DNA from: an uncultured Candidatus Saccharibacteria bacterium
GTDB taxonomy: Bacteria; Patescibacteriota; Minisyncoccia; Phycocordibacterales; UBA9973
Assembly (NCBI GenBank): GCA_964496425.1
Contig: CAZBZO010000001.1
Span: 205,744-269,743 of the forward strand
Direction of reading: 5' to 3'
DNA: 64,000 nt
Part shown: piece by piece, positions 28,724 to 39,299 of the stretch
How positions within the stretch are numbered: the first letter of the stretch is position 1
How the letters are laid out: each line of letters opens with the position of its first letter
Translations under genes and position numbers: made by a program
The notes under the pieces: generated by a model
The model's database searches: none
The model's input: the letters and a program-made list of their open reading frames with translations, nothing else
What the model was told of the DNA's origin: nothing

Positions 28724-30985
28724 CTACTTTTTGCTAGGGTTATTTTTTTCTAGTTTCTCTTTAAATACTTTGATAAGTTCTCGCTTGATTTCTTCTGTTG
28801 TTTTGAGCTTAAAATAGAGATCCTGTTTGGTAGTATCTCCGACGAGGTCGTATTGGTGGTCCAAATCTGCTTGCGTAAAAAAATCTTTATCTTCAAGTGC
28901 CTTTTCGTAATCAGTGACATTTCCAATCTTTTTCTCTGGAATGTTCGTTTTTACTTCTGCTGATAATGCTGTGATCTTACCCCGTATATTTTTTAGGTTA
29001 CCTTCTGCTTTTCGGATTGCATCTGGATTTTTTAATTTAAGGAATCCCTCGGCGATCCGAGCTTTGAACTCCTCAAACTCATTTTGTTTATATTCTGCAA
29101 ACTTTTGTTCATCCACTGGTATTCCCATGGCGGTGAGTGTCCCTACTACGTCTACATCGTGTCCATTATTCTTTTCGTAGTCAGTTGCGATCATGTTGGA
29201 TCGAATAAGTTTGCTTGGTAGGACTTTGGAAAGTTCTTTTTCAACCTCTGCCAAATCCTTTTTTGATGAAGTGAATACGTTTTTCTGTCTAATGGCTATA
29301 TAAGTGTCATATCCTTTTGCATACGCTGCCGTCGCGCCAAGGGGGATCGTGTTGTTATTGTATTCAATAAAATTTATTAGAACTTTCCCTAATACCGGAT
29401 GGTCAAAAGTAATATCAAGCGCTTCCATTTTCTTTTCCGCTTTGGTAATACCTCTTCCTGAGTTGAACACCTTTTTTTGTTGATCGTTGCAGATTTCTCG
29501 AAGTGGCATCCCGCCCGTACGCTCGCGCGTAACAGGATCTTCTATGGTGTTTACAACAATAGCCAACTCATTTGAGGTGAAGGGTTTTCCAAAATCAATC
29601 TTGTCTTTCATAATGGTAAACCTGTTTGCGACTAAGCCCAGCATATCTTTAGCGGAAATACTTTTAGACACCCCATACGGGGTATGGGACCATTTTTTAT
29701 CAAAATTTTTTCGAATTTCTGAATCAAGATAGGATAAATTATCAATTCTATTGACGAGTGTAATATATTGCTCGAGGCCGTTTACAGGTAAGAGCTTTTC
29801 TCGATATTGCGGCATCTTCATGAGCATTCGATACATACCTTCTGTGGCTGAAGTGAAGCGGTCCTTGCGCTTTGGATCGTGGTGGTCGAAAGTCACGGTA
29901 CCATCAGGCTCAATAGTAGCCCCATCTTTCCCCGAAGTATCGAAGTTGACAACTCCGGCCGGTGGGTTGGTGTCATTTTCTTTCTGTGTTCTTTCGAGTT
30001 GCTCGGTACGGGTAAGCCTATCGCCTTTAGAGACAACCGTCAGACGATTGAGTTTTATGCCAGCTAGCTCACACAAAAGTTCAAGACCTTGTGCGTCAAG
30101 ATCTGGTCTTCCCCAGCCATCGCTTCCCACGAGCTCGCCATTTTCATCGAATACGTCATTTCCATGGATAACCCCTTCTATCCCACGTGGATCGCTGAAC
30201 AATTTTTCGAGTTCAGCAAGTTCTTTTTTTTCTGCGATAGTATTTTGATGATATTCAAACCGTCCTTCTTTTTCTGAAAATTTTTCCTGCAGCCTCTTTA
30301 TATCTTCCTCGTATCGAACTGCGAATGTTTTTTTGTAATAATCTAGGTTTTTTAATTTAGTATCGAGTAGGGCTATTTCAGTTTCATTTTTTTGTTTGGT
30401 AGCTGCATTGGATTCAGTTTCATTTTTCTTTACATAAAAGTCTCGAGCTGTTCGGTATTCGTGTCCCAAGTAGGCTATGGGGTCTGAAAAAAAATTTTGC
30501 ATAGCTTCCAAATCCTCAGACTCCAGTGGTACTGGCTTCCCTAGAGCAGTAAGAAATTTTTTCTCCATACCCTCGATACTTTTTTGTATTTCAAGTTGTA
30601 CTAAATTTTCTTCAAGCCCGGATAGGCGAGACCCAAGTATCTTTTTGGCAGGTGTTTTTTCAGACTTTAAATCTTTTTTCTTAGTATCATCATTCGGCGC
30701 TTTTCTCTCTCTCAGTTTAGTGATTGCTGCTGCACAGTCCCGTATGACTTTATTCATTGTGTCCTTTTCACTACCCGTAGCTGTCTTTCGACTTAGCTTA
30801 TTGTCGGCGATGATACTTTCAAGTTCTTGTATGGCTTGATCTCTGAGCGCCTCTACATCACCAGACTGTGGATCGATACTTAGAAAAAATTCATTGGCAA
30901 TTTCGGTCAGCGTTGCGCGAAGTACTGTCTCTTGTTCTTGAACAGAATTTAATAGTACGCCGGGATTTCTTGGTCCATTATTCAT
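28724..30985 (-). CDS. coiled-coil protein with a central DHH phosphoesterase-like domain
   Basis: Ordered motifs RPDLDAQG, VVNFDT, TFDHHD, SAT, RIDN. Confidence 0.65.
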   Translation of the reverse strand: MNNGPRNPGVLLNSVQEQETVLRATLTEIANEFFLSIDPQSGDVEALRDQAIQELESIIADNKLSRKTATGSEKDTMNKVIRDCAAAITKLRERKAPNDDTKKKDLKSEKTPAKKILGSRLSGLEENLVQLEIQKSIEGMEKKFLTALGKPVPLESEDLEAMQNFFSDPIAYLGHEYRTARDFYVKKNETESNAATKQKNETEIALLDTKLKNLDYYKKTFAVRYEEDIKRLQEKFSEKEGRFEYHQNTIAEKKELAELEKLFSDPRGIEGVIHGNDVFDENGELVGSDGWGRPDLDAQGLELLCELAGIKLNRLTVVSKGDRLTRTEQLERTQKENDTNPPAGVVNFDTSGKDGATIEPDGTVTFDHHDPKRKDRFTSATEGMYRMLMKMPQYREKLLPVNGLEQYITLVNRIDNLSYLDSEIRKNFDKKWSHTPYGVSKSISAKDMLGLVANRFTIMKDKIDFGKPFTSNELAIVVNTIEDPVTRERTGGMPLREICNDQQKKVFNSGRGITKAEKKMEALDITFDHPVLGKVLINFIEYNNNTIPLGATAAYAKGYDTYIAIRQKNVFTSSKKDLAEVEKELSKVLPSKLIRSNMIATDYEKNNGHDVDVVGTLTAMGIPVDEQKFAEYKQNEFEEFKARIAEGFLKLKNPDAIRKAEGNLKNIRGKITALSAEVKTNIPEKKIGNVTDYEKALEDKDFFTQADLDHQYDLVGDTTKQDLYFKLKTTEEIKRELIKVFKEKLEKNNPSKK

Positions 30986-31009
30986 AAAGTATATTGTAGC
31001 AATAATATT

Positions 31010-32518
31010 TTATTTTCCTCTCATTCCAAGAAGCAAGGCCTGCACTTTTTTAAATTCAGGTAGTGCGTTTGTTTTTATATCTTCATTTATGGAGTTAACT
31101 GCAGTTTTCAACTGCGCAAACTCTTTTAAGAGCTCTTCTTTATTCATTAATTCATACCCTTTAAATTTGTCTTTTTCTTTCGGCTCCTGTGCGCGGAGTT
31201 TTTCAAGCTTTCGTTCTATAAAAGCGATAAACTTCTGGTCAGGAATGCCTTCCCCTTTGGGATCATTCTGTGGGTCTTGTGCCCGTTTGAGTTCTTCCTC
31301 CCAATACGATATTCCTTTTTCGACAGGGACAGGAGTGTGTTCGACATGGTGGGCTTTTCTCTTATGCGTCTCTCTAGCCTCGAGTTCTTTAGCTATTTCC
31401 TCATACGGTAAATACTGAGTTTTGGGTGACTTGATCCCTTCTATATCAATTATTTTTCTTTCAATAATTATCTGGCCCCCCTTGATCAATACTGTTTCAT
31501 TTTCGTTGAGCTTCGGTAATATACTTCTTAAAGCAGCATCGATATATCTTTCATCTTTAAATTTCTGCTCTCTGGCATCCTCCTCACGAAAGCGCGGCGA
31601 AATTGACGCTGCTTCTTTCGGTACCTCGTAACGGCTGATTCTTGGCTGGGTGTCTTCTTGATTTTCCCACCACAGCCGTCCATTTTTTGAGGCGCTTCTT
31701 TCCTTCGGTGTGTTATCAGACAACATAAGCTCATTTTCTTTGATCCACGCTTCGGCTCGGTGGGTATCCATGATTGAGATTGAACTATCTGGATTTTTAA
31801 TATGGAAATAATTCTTTTCTTCTTGCCTCGGATCTCTTGGAAAAGCAACATAGTCAGGTATTTCTTGTACCTGATATCTTTCATTCGTTTTGGGATGGAT
31901 AAGTGTATCCCCAGGAGCTAGCTCAAAAACAAGTTCATTTTGAGCTTCTTCCTCTGGCTTTCTAAAGTTTCCTTCCGGAAGCCAATTTTTTGAAATCTTT
32001 TTTATTTGTGAGGCGTGGAGATTTCGTTCCGTTTTAATTTTATTGTATGCCGCTTTTGCTACGGCACCGGGCAACCAGGCTCCTATTTTTTTTATAATAT
32101 CCGCATGTTCTGTAATAGGTTCTGGTGGGGCTACTTTTTCAATGTGCGGGCGAGCCGTTATTGGGATTTTTGGGTTGGAGTATGGTAAATTATTTGAGAC
32201 TATTTTTTCTGCAGCTGATATGTCATTCATAAGCCGCGTTACTTCTTTGTTGGGGTACCCCAATTGCGCCAAAGTTGCTCGCATCTCCATTTCAGGATCG
32301 TTTTCAGTGTGATCTCCCTCGAGCTTTCTCTTAGTCTTTACAAGTATTTTCTTGTTTTTTCGATGGAGCTTTACTTCCCGACTCCCGTCGTCTTTGACAT
32401 CGATGCCAAGCGTATATTTCTCTTCCTGGTATGCTCGTTGTAGTTTGGCAACCGCTTCTTCTTGCGAGTGCGTTGGCGGCACATATTCATTTGCTCGAGC
32501 ACCTCCTTCTCTACGCAT
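31010..32518 (-). CDS. large hypothetical charged protein
   Basis: 502-aa ORF co-oriented with the orphan array. Confidence 0.7.
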   Translation of the reverse strand: MRREGGARANEYVPPTHSQEEAVAKLQRAYQEEKYTLGIDVKDDGSREVKLHRKNKKILVKTKRKLEGDHTENDPEMEMRATLAQLGYPNKEVTRLMNDISAAEKIVSNNLPYSNPKIPITARPHIEKVAPPEPITEHADIIKKIGAWLPGAVAKAAYNKIKTERNLHASQIKKISKNWLPEGNFRKPEEEAQNELVFELAPGDTLIHPKTNERYQVQEIPDYVAFPRDPRQEEKNYFHIKNPDSSISIMDTHRAEAWIKENELMLSDNTPKERSASKNGRLWWENQEDTQPRISRYEVPKEAASISPRFREEDAREQKFKDERYIDAALRSILPKLNENETVLIKGGQIIIERKIIDIEGIKSPKTQYLPYEEIAKELEARETHKRKAHHVEHTPVPVEKGISYWEEELKRAQDPQNDPKGEGIPDQKFIAFIERKLEKLRAQEPKEKDKFKGYELMNKEELLKEFAQLKTAVNSINEDIKTNALPEFKKVQALLLGMRGK

Positions 32519-32901
32519 TGTATTTTATGTATTTCACTATTTTATAACTATTTGTCAATATTTTTGACATATATTTCATATGTTGCCGAAAATAATTGTG
32601 GGGTTGACTCTCCCCCTCCATGCGCTACCATTATGAATTGAGAGTATATACAGTATATACCTTCACTACCGAAAGACGATATTTAGATTTAGGCCTTGAT
32701 TTATAAGGCTCAAATCTAAATCACCTGCCCGATTGTAAAAACTACCTCGATTTTATAGATATACCAGAGCCTGAAAAGGTCGGATCTGGTCCCGGGATGC
32801 CGGGCGAAAATCAAGGTTGTATCAATAGACTTTATTCAACTTTTCATAACAAACGCTCAGGGCCCAAAGAGGATAGTGGGGCACAAGGAGCTGAAATAAC
32901 T

Positions 32902-33978
32902 ATGTATACCAAGCTTTTTCGAAAAAAGCCTCTTTTCCTTGCAGCCCTTACGCTTTTCGTTGGTTTCCCTTTTGCGGTACAAGCGAGTATCTTGGGCTCT
33001 CTTTTAGGCGCTTCTGCTTCGGCTGCCAATTCTCAACCGAACAAAATCCCGCTCCTTGAAGCACATCTTGGACTCGATCCTGCCTATTCTCTAGAAGACA
33101 ATCAATTGCTGAGCGTTGAAGAAGATGCATTAATGCCAAAACTCGGACCGCTCGGTACTGAGGCCGAAGTGGCCGAACTACCAGATGCGACGTTCATGTC
33201 GACTCATGTCGTTCGTCCGGGTGATACTATCTCTACTGTTGCTGAGCTCTATGATGTGACGTCCGGTACTATCCTCATCGCCAATAATCTTTCTAAGGGC
33301 GACAAACTTCAGATCGGAGAAAAGCTTGTTATTTTACCTTTCTCGGGGGTACAACATACTGCCAAAAAAGGTGATACCATCGCCAAGATTGCTAAGACAT
33401 ATGGTACGGACGAAGACGAAATCATAAAGTTCAATAATATTAGCGAAGGCACCGTGCTTGCTGTTGGAGATACTATTTTGATTCCTGACGTAGAAAATGA
33501 AGTCTTGGCCCAAGTAACGGAAGCAAAAAATGCTAAAAGCACGACGAAAAGCACAGTTTCTTCAGGAAAAAGTAAAAACACTGCTTCTCTTCCCGGCTAT
33601 TATCTCTGGCCGATTGAAGGTGGACGAGGACGCACCAACCAAGGTGCGCATGGATACAGAAGCAATTCGGTTGACTTAGGCGGCGTACCAGCTGGTACCA
33701 ACCTTGTTGCGGCAGCCGACGGTGTCGTAATCACGAGCAAAAACAGCGGCTGGAATGGTGGGTACGGCAACTACATGATCATTCAGCATGAGAACAACAC
33801 AACAACAATTTATGGCCATATGCAACACGCAGGATTGCCAGTCGGCACTCGTGTCGCTCAAGGTCAAGTCATCGGTCAGATCGGAAGAAGCGGTAATGCG
33901 ACTGGTGTACATGTCCACTTCGAAGTAAGAGGAAACGGTAACATTATCAATCCTGGTATCAACAAAACCTGGAAGTAG
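32902..33978 (+). CDS. LysM-LysM-M23 peptidoglycan endopeptidase
   Basis: HVVRPGDTISTVAELY, HTAKKGDTIAKIAKTY; M23 GYGNYMIIQH, YGHM, TGVHVHFEV; start set at ATG 32902 ahead of the signal peptide. Confidence 0.92.
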   Translation: MYTKLFRKKPLFLAALTLFVGFPFAVQASILGSLLGASASAANSQPNKIPLLEAHLGLDPAYSLEDNQLLSVEEDALMPKLGPLGTEAEVAELPDATFMSTHVVRPGDTISTVAELYDVTSGTILIANNLSKGDKLQIGEKLVILPFSGVQHTAKKGDTIAKIAKTYGTDEDEIIKFNNISEGTVLAVGDTILIPDVENEVLAQVTEAKNAKSTTKSTVSSGKSKNTASLPGYYLWPIEGGRGRTNQGAHGYRSNSVDLGGVPAGTNLVAAADGVVITSKNSGWNGGYGNYMIIQHENNTTTIYGHMQHAGLPVGTRVAQGQVIGQIGRSGNATGVHVHFEVRGNGNIINPGINKTWK

Positions 33979-33979
33979 A

Positions 33980-34034
33980 AATTAAAATAAATAAAAATAC
34001 CGCGACAATCGCGGTATTTTTATTTATTTTAATT
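33980..34034. terminator. bidirectional intrinsic terminator
   Basis: 26-bp perfect inverted repeat AATTAAAATAAATAAAAATACCGCGA-CAA-TCGCGGTATTTTTATTTATTTTAATT between convergent genes. Confidence 0.88.
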
Positions 34035-35567
34035 TCTTGGCCGATACTGGAGTGCTTCTAGTATCTGCGGCACTCCCACTTCTTCGCTTCCCTCAAGATC
34101 GGCTATCGTGCGGGCAAGTTTGAGTATTCGATGATATGCGCGGGCAGAGAGTTTTAGTTTCTCCGCGCTTTCATTTAAAATTTTCTTTGTTTCTTCATCG
34201 ATCGGAACAAATTTTCCTAGGTCTTTGACGTTCATATCGCTGTTGACGGTGATTCCTCGATCATGCCCGGCAAAACGCTTGGCTTGAATGGTACGTGCAC
34301 GAGCAACTCTCGATTTGATGGTCTCTGTTTTTTCACCTGTGCCTGTTTCGTCACCCAACTTTGCATACTCAACAGCTCCGACTGTGGTCCACAGATCAAT
34401 ACGATCCATGATTGGTCCTGAGAGGCGACGACGATAGCGAGCGAGGTCGACTGGTGTGCAGATACATTCTTTTTGCTTGCTGCCTGCATTGCCGCAGGGA
34501 CATGGGTTCATCGCGGCAACCAAAATAAAATTGGAAGGAAATACTGCAGTGCCTTTGGCGCGAGAGATCGAAACAATATTATCTTCCAAGGGTTGACGCA
34601 AAGATTCTATGACGCGTTTTTCAAATTCTGGAAATTCGTCGAGAAAAAGTACGCCGCGATGGGCCAGAGTGACTTCACCAGGCTTTGGTATGGTGCCGCC
34701 GCCGATGATCGAGACATAGGATGCAGTGTGGTGAGGTGAGCGAAATGGCGCTTTTGTCACCAGTCCACTACGAAGCGTGCCTCCGACTGAATGAATGCTG
34801 GTGATTTCTAAAATCTCAGGCAATGAAAGGTCAGGCAAGAGAGATGAAAAAGCTCGTGCGAGCATGGTCTTACCGGTGCCTGGTGGGCCGCTCATCGCAA
34901 TATTGTGTCCGCCTGCAGCGGCGATCTCGAGACCTCGTTTGGCGCTCTCTTGCCCTCGGATATCTTGGAAATCAATGCTTGCAAGGATGTCTTCGTATAC
35001 AATTTCTGTTTTCGGTATTTTATCGAGCTCTACTTTTTTGCTTTTAGGAGTCGTGTCGAGGTGTTCAATAATCTCATTTAAATTTTGTATGCCATAGACA
35101 TCAATGCCATCTACAAGTGCTGCTTCGCTGGTGTTTTCTCTCGGCACATATATCTCTTCGAATCCTAAGCGTTTGGCTTCTTGTGTGAGTGGTAGCGCAC
35201 CACGAATCGGACGAAGATCTCCGTTTAAAGAAAGTTCACCGAGAAATATTTTTTTCTCCGGATCAAAAACAATCTCTTCACTTGCTAAGAGGTACGAGAG
35301 TGCAATAGCGAGATCAAAATATGGCCCTTCCTTTTTTACATCAGCCGGCGAGAGGGATACGACAGTTTTTTGATTTTTGGACTTTGGTGATTCGTGGCCG
35401 GAGTTTTTTAAAGCAGAACCGACGCGATCGCGTGATTCATCCACCGCTTTATCAGCCAGGCCGACGATTGAGAAGGCATTCAATCCCCTTGAGATATCCA
35501 CTTCTACGGTGATGATTTGTCCCGACAGAAGGTTGGTTTGTGCAGAATACACACGAGCGAAGGACAT
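34029..35567 (-). CDS. comM: YifB/ComM Mg-chelatase-like AAA+ ATPase
   Basis: GELSLNG, GPPGTGKTM, PFRSPHHT, AHRGVLFLDEFPEF, AMNPCPCG, LSARAYHRILKLARTIADL. Confidence 0.95.
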   Translation of the reverse strand: MSFARVYSAQTNLLSGQIITVEVDISRGLNAFSIVGLADKAVDESRDRVGSALKNSGHESPKSKNQKTVVSLSPADVKKEGPYFDLAIALSYLLASEEIVFDPEKKIFLGELSLNGDLRPIRGALPLTQEAKRLGFEEIYVPRENTSEAALVDGIDVYGIQNLNEIIEHLDTTPKSKKVELDKIPKTEIVYEDILASIDFQDIRGQESAKRGLEIAAAGGHNIAMSGPPGTGKTMLARAFSSLLPDLSLPEILEITSIHSVGGTLRSGLVTKAPFRSPHHTASYVSIIGGGTIPKPGEVTLAHRGVLFLDEFPEFEKRVIESLRQPLEDNIVSISRAKGTAVFPSNFILVAAMNPCPCGNAGSKQKECICTPVDLARYRRRLSGPIMDRIDLWTTVGAVEYAKLGDETGTGEKTETIKSRVARARTIQAKRFAGHDRGITVNSDMNVKDLGKFVPIDEETKKILNESAEKLKLSARAYHRILKLARTIADLEGSEEVGVPQILEALQYRPRN

Positions 35568-35647
35568 AAATGTAATTACTAATTAAGAATTACTAATGTG
35601 GTCCAGAATGCAATTGGTTTTAATTAGTAATTATTCATTAGTAATTT

Positions 35648-36016
35648 TTAATTATTCATATGCGCAATGCAGGTGCGTGCGGCGGGATTGGCTTCCAGGC
35701 GCTTGGTCTCGATGGGTCCGTTTGATACTTCACAAATCCCATACTTATTTTTTTCTATTTTGAGGAGAGCATCGTTGATGTCTTTGAAACGTTCCTCGAG
35801 TATCTTGACCATTGCTGTACGCTCTTCAAAGTCCTCAAATCGATCCGCGGCAGAGTTTTCATCGGCTTCGCCGAGATCGTCTTGGTTGGGGACCGCTACC
35901 CACATTTGGGTGACGGGATCAAAAGTCCCAAAACGTTCGAGTTCTGTAGAGAGTACTTGTTTTTCAGCGTCGAGCTTCTTTTTAAAATATGAGATGTTTA
36001 TTTTTGGTTCTGACAT
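35648..36016 (-). CDS. DksA/TraR family protein
   Basis: Coiled coil then ALLKIEKNKYGICEVS...RLEANPAARTC; only two of the four Zn-finger Cys are present. Confidence 0.85.
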   Translation of the reverse strand: MSEPKINISYFKKKLDAEKQVLSTELERFGTFDPVTQMWVAVPNQDDLGEADENSAADRFEDFEERTAMVKILEERFKDINDALLKIEKNKYGICEVSNGPIETKRLEANPAARTCIAHMNN

Positions 36017-36067
36017 AGGAATATATTACTTTATAAAGTGTAGCACAGCAAGAAAAATGTCAAACAC

Positions 36068-37021
36068 TTAGCGTTTGATCGTGCTGCGGGTCAATCGATC
36101 AATCACTTCGCTAAATGTTACGGCATCTTCAGCGATGATGATGGTGCTCTCGTCGAGGAAAGAGTAAAAAAGAACAATTTTCCCAGTCGAGTCTTTCAAA
36201 GCACGTGTATCGCGATTCTTTATTATGGCATCTTCGAAGGTACTCTGAAAGAGCACTTGATTATCACCACTAATATCAATACCAAAGAGTCCGTACCAGT
36301 CATCAAACAGATTGGTTTCCCAGGTAAGTAGCGCCGGAAGCGCTGTTTCATAGGTGTTGGTTGAAAGAAGAACAAAAGTTTTTGTTCCATCATAGGTGAA
36401 GGCGCCGACCATGAATTCAGGCTCCAGGGTCCGTAAAAGTTCGGCTGGAGCGTGTGATTCAAGTAACGTCAGAAATCGGGTACTACTGACACGAGTCGTT
36501 TGCTCGCCGGTAACTTCAGTGAAGTAGATGTTGCGGATGTTGTTGATCGCAGGAGGAGTCCCTTCTATTTCTGTGCGGATGCGCTCAGCAATGACAAGAG
36601 GTGTAACGCCGGTCACATCAATCGCAGTCGCTTCGTTGGCGTAAACAATAGAAGAAGGAGTGTTGTCTTCGATTGCCGGCACTGTAGGCGGTTTTTTAAG
36701 ATAAAAAATATAGTAAGCGATTGCAAGTGCCAAAAGAATAAAAATGAATCCGCTCACGCTATACATGATATTTTTACCAGCGACCGGTGAAGCATTCTTG
36801 CGAATAGCTTCTCGTTTTTTTTCTTCAGCCAGTGCGATTTTCACTACCGTTGCCTGTCCTGTCTTGATAGCATCGGCCATATCACTCTGATAGGTGCGGA
36901 GCGAATGAGGATCTTCAAGTACCCGCTCGGGTACTTTGTCAGGCACATGGAGCCGTTCCCCGGTATCCGGCGTAGGATTTTTTTGAGGTTCTTTTCCTGT
37001 GGGTTCCATAGTATCCATCAT
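36068..37021 (-). CDS. hypothetical single-pass membrane protein
   Basis: LRTYQSDMA motif, one TM helix, C-terminal FEDAIIKNRDTR...LFYSF; start uncertain. Confidence 0.7.
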   Translation of the reverse strand: MMDTMEPTGKEPQKNPTPDTGERLHVPDKVPERVLEDPHSLRTYQSDMADAIKTGQATVVKIALAEEKKREAIRKNASPVAGKNIMYSVSGFIFILLALAIAYYIFYLKKPPTVPAIEDNTPSSIVYANEATAIDVTGVTPLVIAERIRTEIEGTPPAINNIRNIYFTEVTGEQTTRVSSTRFLTLLESHAPAELLRTLEPEFMVGAFTYDGTKTFVLLSTNTYETALPALLTWETNLFDDWYGLFGIDISGDNQVLFQSTFEDAIIKNRDTRALKDSTGKIVLFYSFLDESTIIIAEDAVTFSEVIDRLTRSTIKR

Positions 37022-37136
37022 ACGATACTTCAGCGTTTTCTTGAAGTATAAATACAATAAAATCTTTTGTTTACAAGAATAAATTAGAAAAGTCGGACAG
37101 GTGTCCGACTTTTCCTTAGGATGCTTTTTCTCTATA

Positions 37137-39299
37137 TTACGCTTTTGGAGGCTGCGGCATCTTGATAAAGTTTGGGTCGGCAGCTTTGATAGAGAGCGAA
37201 ATACGATCGCGTTCGGTGTCCACCGCGGTGATGACGACTGGCACTTTCATGCCTTCAGAGAGGACGTCAGTGACTTTGTTGACTCGGAAGTTGGCGATTT
37301 CAGAAATATGCACGAGGCCGTCTTTGCCGGCAGCGATTTTCACGATTGCGCCGACTTCAATAATTTTCACGACCTCACCCTCTACTTTCTCTCCGACTTT
37401 CCATTCGCGAGTCATGTCAGCGATCATCTGGTAAGCTTTTTCAGCTGCGCCATTTTTACCAGTCACGTAGACAGTACCATCGTCTTCGATTGAGATTTCC
37501 GCACCCGTATCATCAGTGATCTTGTGAATATTTTTTCCGCCAGGACCGATGACCATACCGATTTGTGTCGGCAAGATTTTCAGCGTCATTATTTTCGGTG
37601 CATGCGGAGCGATATTTGCTCGTGGAGTAGCGATTTCTTTTTGTATTGTTTCCAAAATATGGAGACGAGCTTTCTTCGCATCAGCAAGTGCTTCTACCAG
37701 GATCGGCACTGGTACGCCGTCAACTTTGATATCGAGCTGGATAGCGGTCACACCATTTGTTGTACCGGCGATTTTGAAATCCATATCACCATAGTGATCT
37801 TCTGGTCCCTGGATGTCGGTGAGTATTTTGTAGGCACCGTTCCCAAGAATAAGTCCCATAGCAATTCCCGCGACTGGCGCTTTGATCGGCACGCCGCCGT
37901 CCATGAGTGCGAGCGAGGATGCGCAGATGGAAGCTTGTGATGTCGAGCCATTGGATGCAAGTGATTCTGAAACCACGCGGATAGTATATGGGAATTGTTC
38001 CTTTGATGGGATCACAGCTGAAAGCGCTTTTTCAGCGAGCATGCCATGCCCCATTTCACGACGGTTGGTGCCCGTCATGCGGCCTGTTTCACCAGCTGAG
38101 TACGGAGGAAAATTGTAGTGATGCATGAAACGCTTTTTGCCACGGATCTCCATGCCGTCCAAGGCGTGCTGAGCTTCTGGTCCAGCAAGTGTGAGCGTCG
38201 AGAGCACATGTGTTTCACCGCGGTAAAAAATACCCGAGCCATGAAGCACGTCAGAAAATCCGCCAGCTTTAGCGTAGAGTGCGCGGACTTGGTCGAATGC
38301 TCGGCCGTCAACACGTTTGTTTTCGAGGAGGGCGAGCTCATGCACTAAACGATCAAGAGCTGTGTCAAAATATTCATGGGCGAGATCGCGGGCGGTTTGA
38401 TTGGCTTTGTTGGTCGTATAGTCGGTAATCGGCGGATAGGCTTCCTCAATCATTTTTGTCCACATATCTTGTGATTCGCCGATAACTTTTTTGGTGTCGC
38501 CGGAAGAAAGTGCAGCTTTGAGGGCTGGCTCGATGTTTGTAGTAAAGAGAGCAGGTATTTCAGCGGGCAATACTGGCATATCGATCGTGAGTTTTACTTT
38601 GCCTATCTCGCTTACGATTTTTTTCTGCCATTCTTCAAGTTTGGTGATTTCTTCACTTGCAAGTGCTAATGCTTTAGAAAGTGTATCTTCACCATACTCA
38701 AATGTCATGGCCTCGATCATGACGAGATTCTTTTCTTTGCCACAGACGGTAAGATCAAGATCGTAGGCTGGTTCACCAATCGATGGTGTGTAACTGTTTA
38801 CCAAAAGCGCACCAGCGCGATCCCCACCTTTGGGCATGGAGATATGGACGGCGCCCACAGGACCGCGCCATGGGATATCAGAGGTTGCTATTGCAAGCGA
38901 TGCCGCATTAACTGCAAGGATTCCTGGATCCATATCACCAAGTGAAAGCACGGTGGTAATGACTTGGACAGCGTTTTTCATCCGTTGATCAAAAAGCGGT
39001 CGCAAGGTGCGGTCAATGACGCGAGAGTTGAGTATTGCCTTGTCTGACGGTCGGCCTTCACGCTTATTGAACTGTCCGCCCAAAATCACTCCGGCGGCAT
39101 AATATTTTTCCAGGTATTCAACAGTGAGGTTGAAGTATCCCATGTTGCCACGGCCGTCTTTTGAGATGACAGCGGTGGCGAGTACCATGGTGCCAGCGCA
39201 TTTTAATATGACTGAGCCATTGGCTTGGTCTGCGAGATTGCTAAAAACTGCTGTCACGGTTTTTCCACCGACTTCGATCGAATATTCTTTTGTCTCCAT
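37137..39299 (-). CDS. pnp: polyribonucleotide nucleotidyltransferase
   Basis: SRVIDRTLRPLF, HGSGIFYRGET, FMHHYNFPPYS, SNGSTSQAS, GDMDFK, KH and S1 domains. Confidence 0.98.
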   Translation of the reverse strand: METKEYSIEVGGKTVTAVFSNLADQANGSVILKCAGTMVLATAVISKDGRGNMGYFNLTVEYLEKYYAAGVILGGQFNKREGRPSDKAILNSRVIDRTLRPLFDQRMKNAVQVITTVLSLGDMDPGILAVNAASLAIATSDIPWRGPVGAVHISMPKGGDRAGALLVNSYTPSIGEPAYDLDLTVCGKEKNLVMIEAMTFEYGEDTLSKALALASEEITKLEEWQKKIVSEIGKVKLTIDMPVLPAEIPALFTTNIEPALKAALSSGDTKKVIGESQDMWTKMIEEAYPPITDYTTNKANQTARDLAHEYFDTALDRLVHELALLENKRVDGRAFDQVRALYAKAGGFSDVLHGSGIFYRGETHVLSTLTLAGPEAQHALDGMEIRGKKRFMHHYNFPPYSAGETGRMTGTNRREMGHGMLAEKALSAVIPSKEQFPYTIRVVSESLASNGSTSQASICASSLALMDGGVPIKAPVAGIAMGLILGNGAYKILTDIQGPEDHYGDMDFKIAGTTNGVTAIQLDIKVDGVPVPILVEALADAKKARLHILETIQKEIATPRANIAPHAPKIMTLKILPTQIGMVIGPGGKNIHKITDDTGAEISIEDDGTVYVTGKNGAAEKAYQMIADMTREWKVGEKVEGEVVKIIEVGAIVKIAAGKDGLVHISEIANFRVNKVTDVLSEGMKVPVVITAVDTERDRISLSIKAADPNFIKMPQPPKA

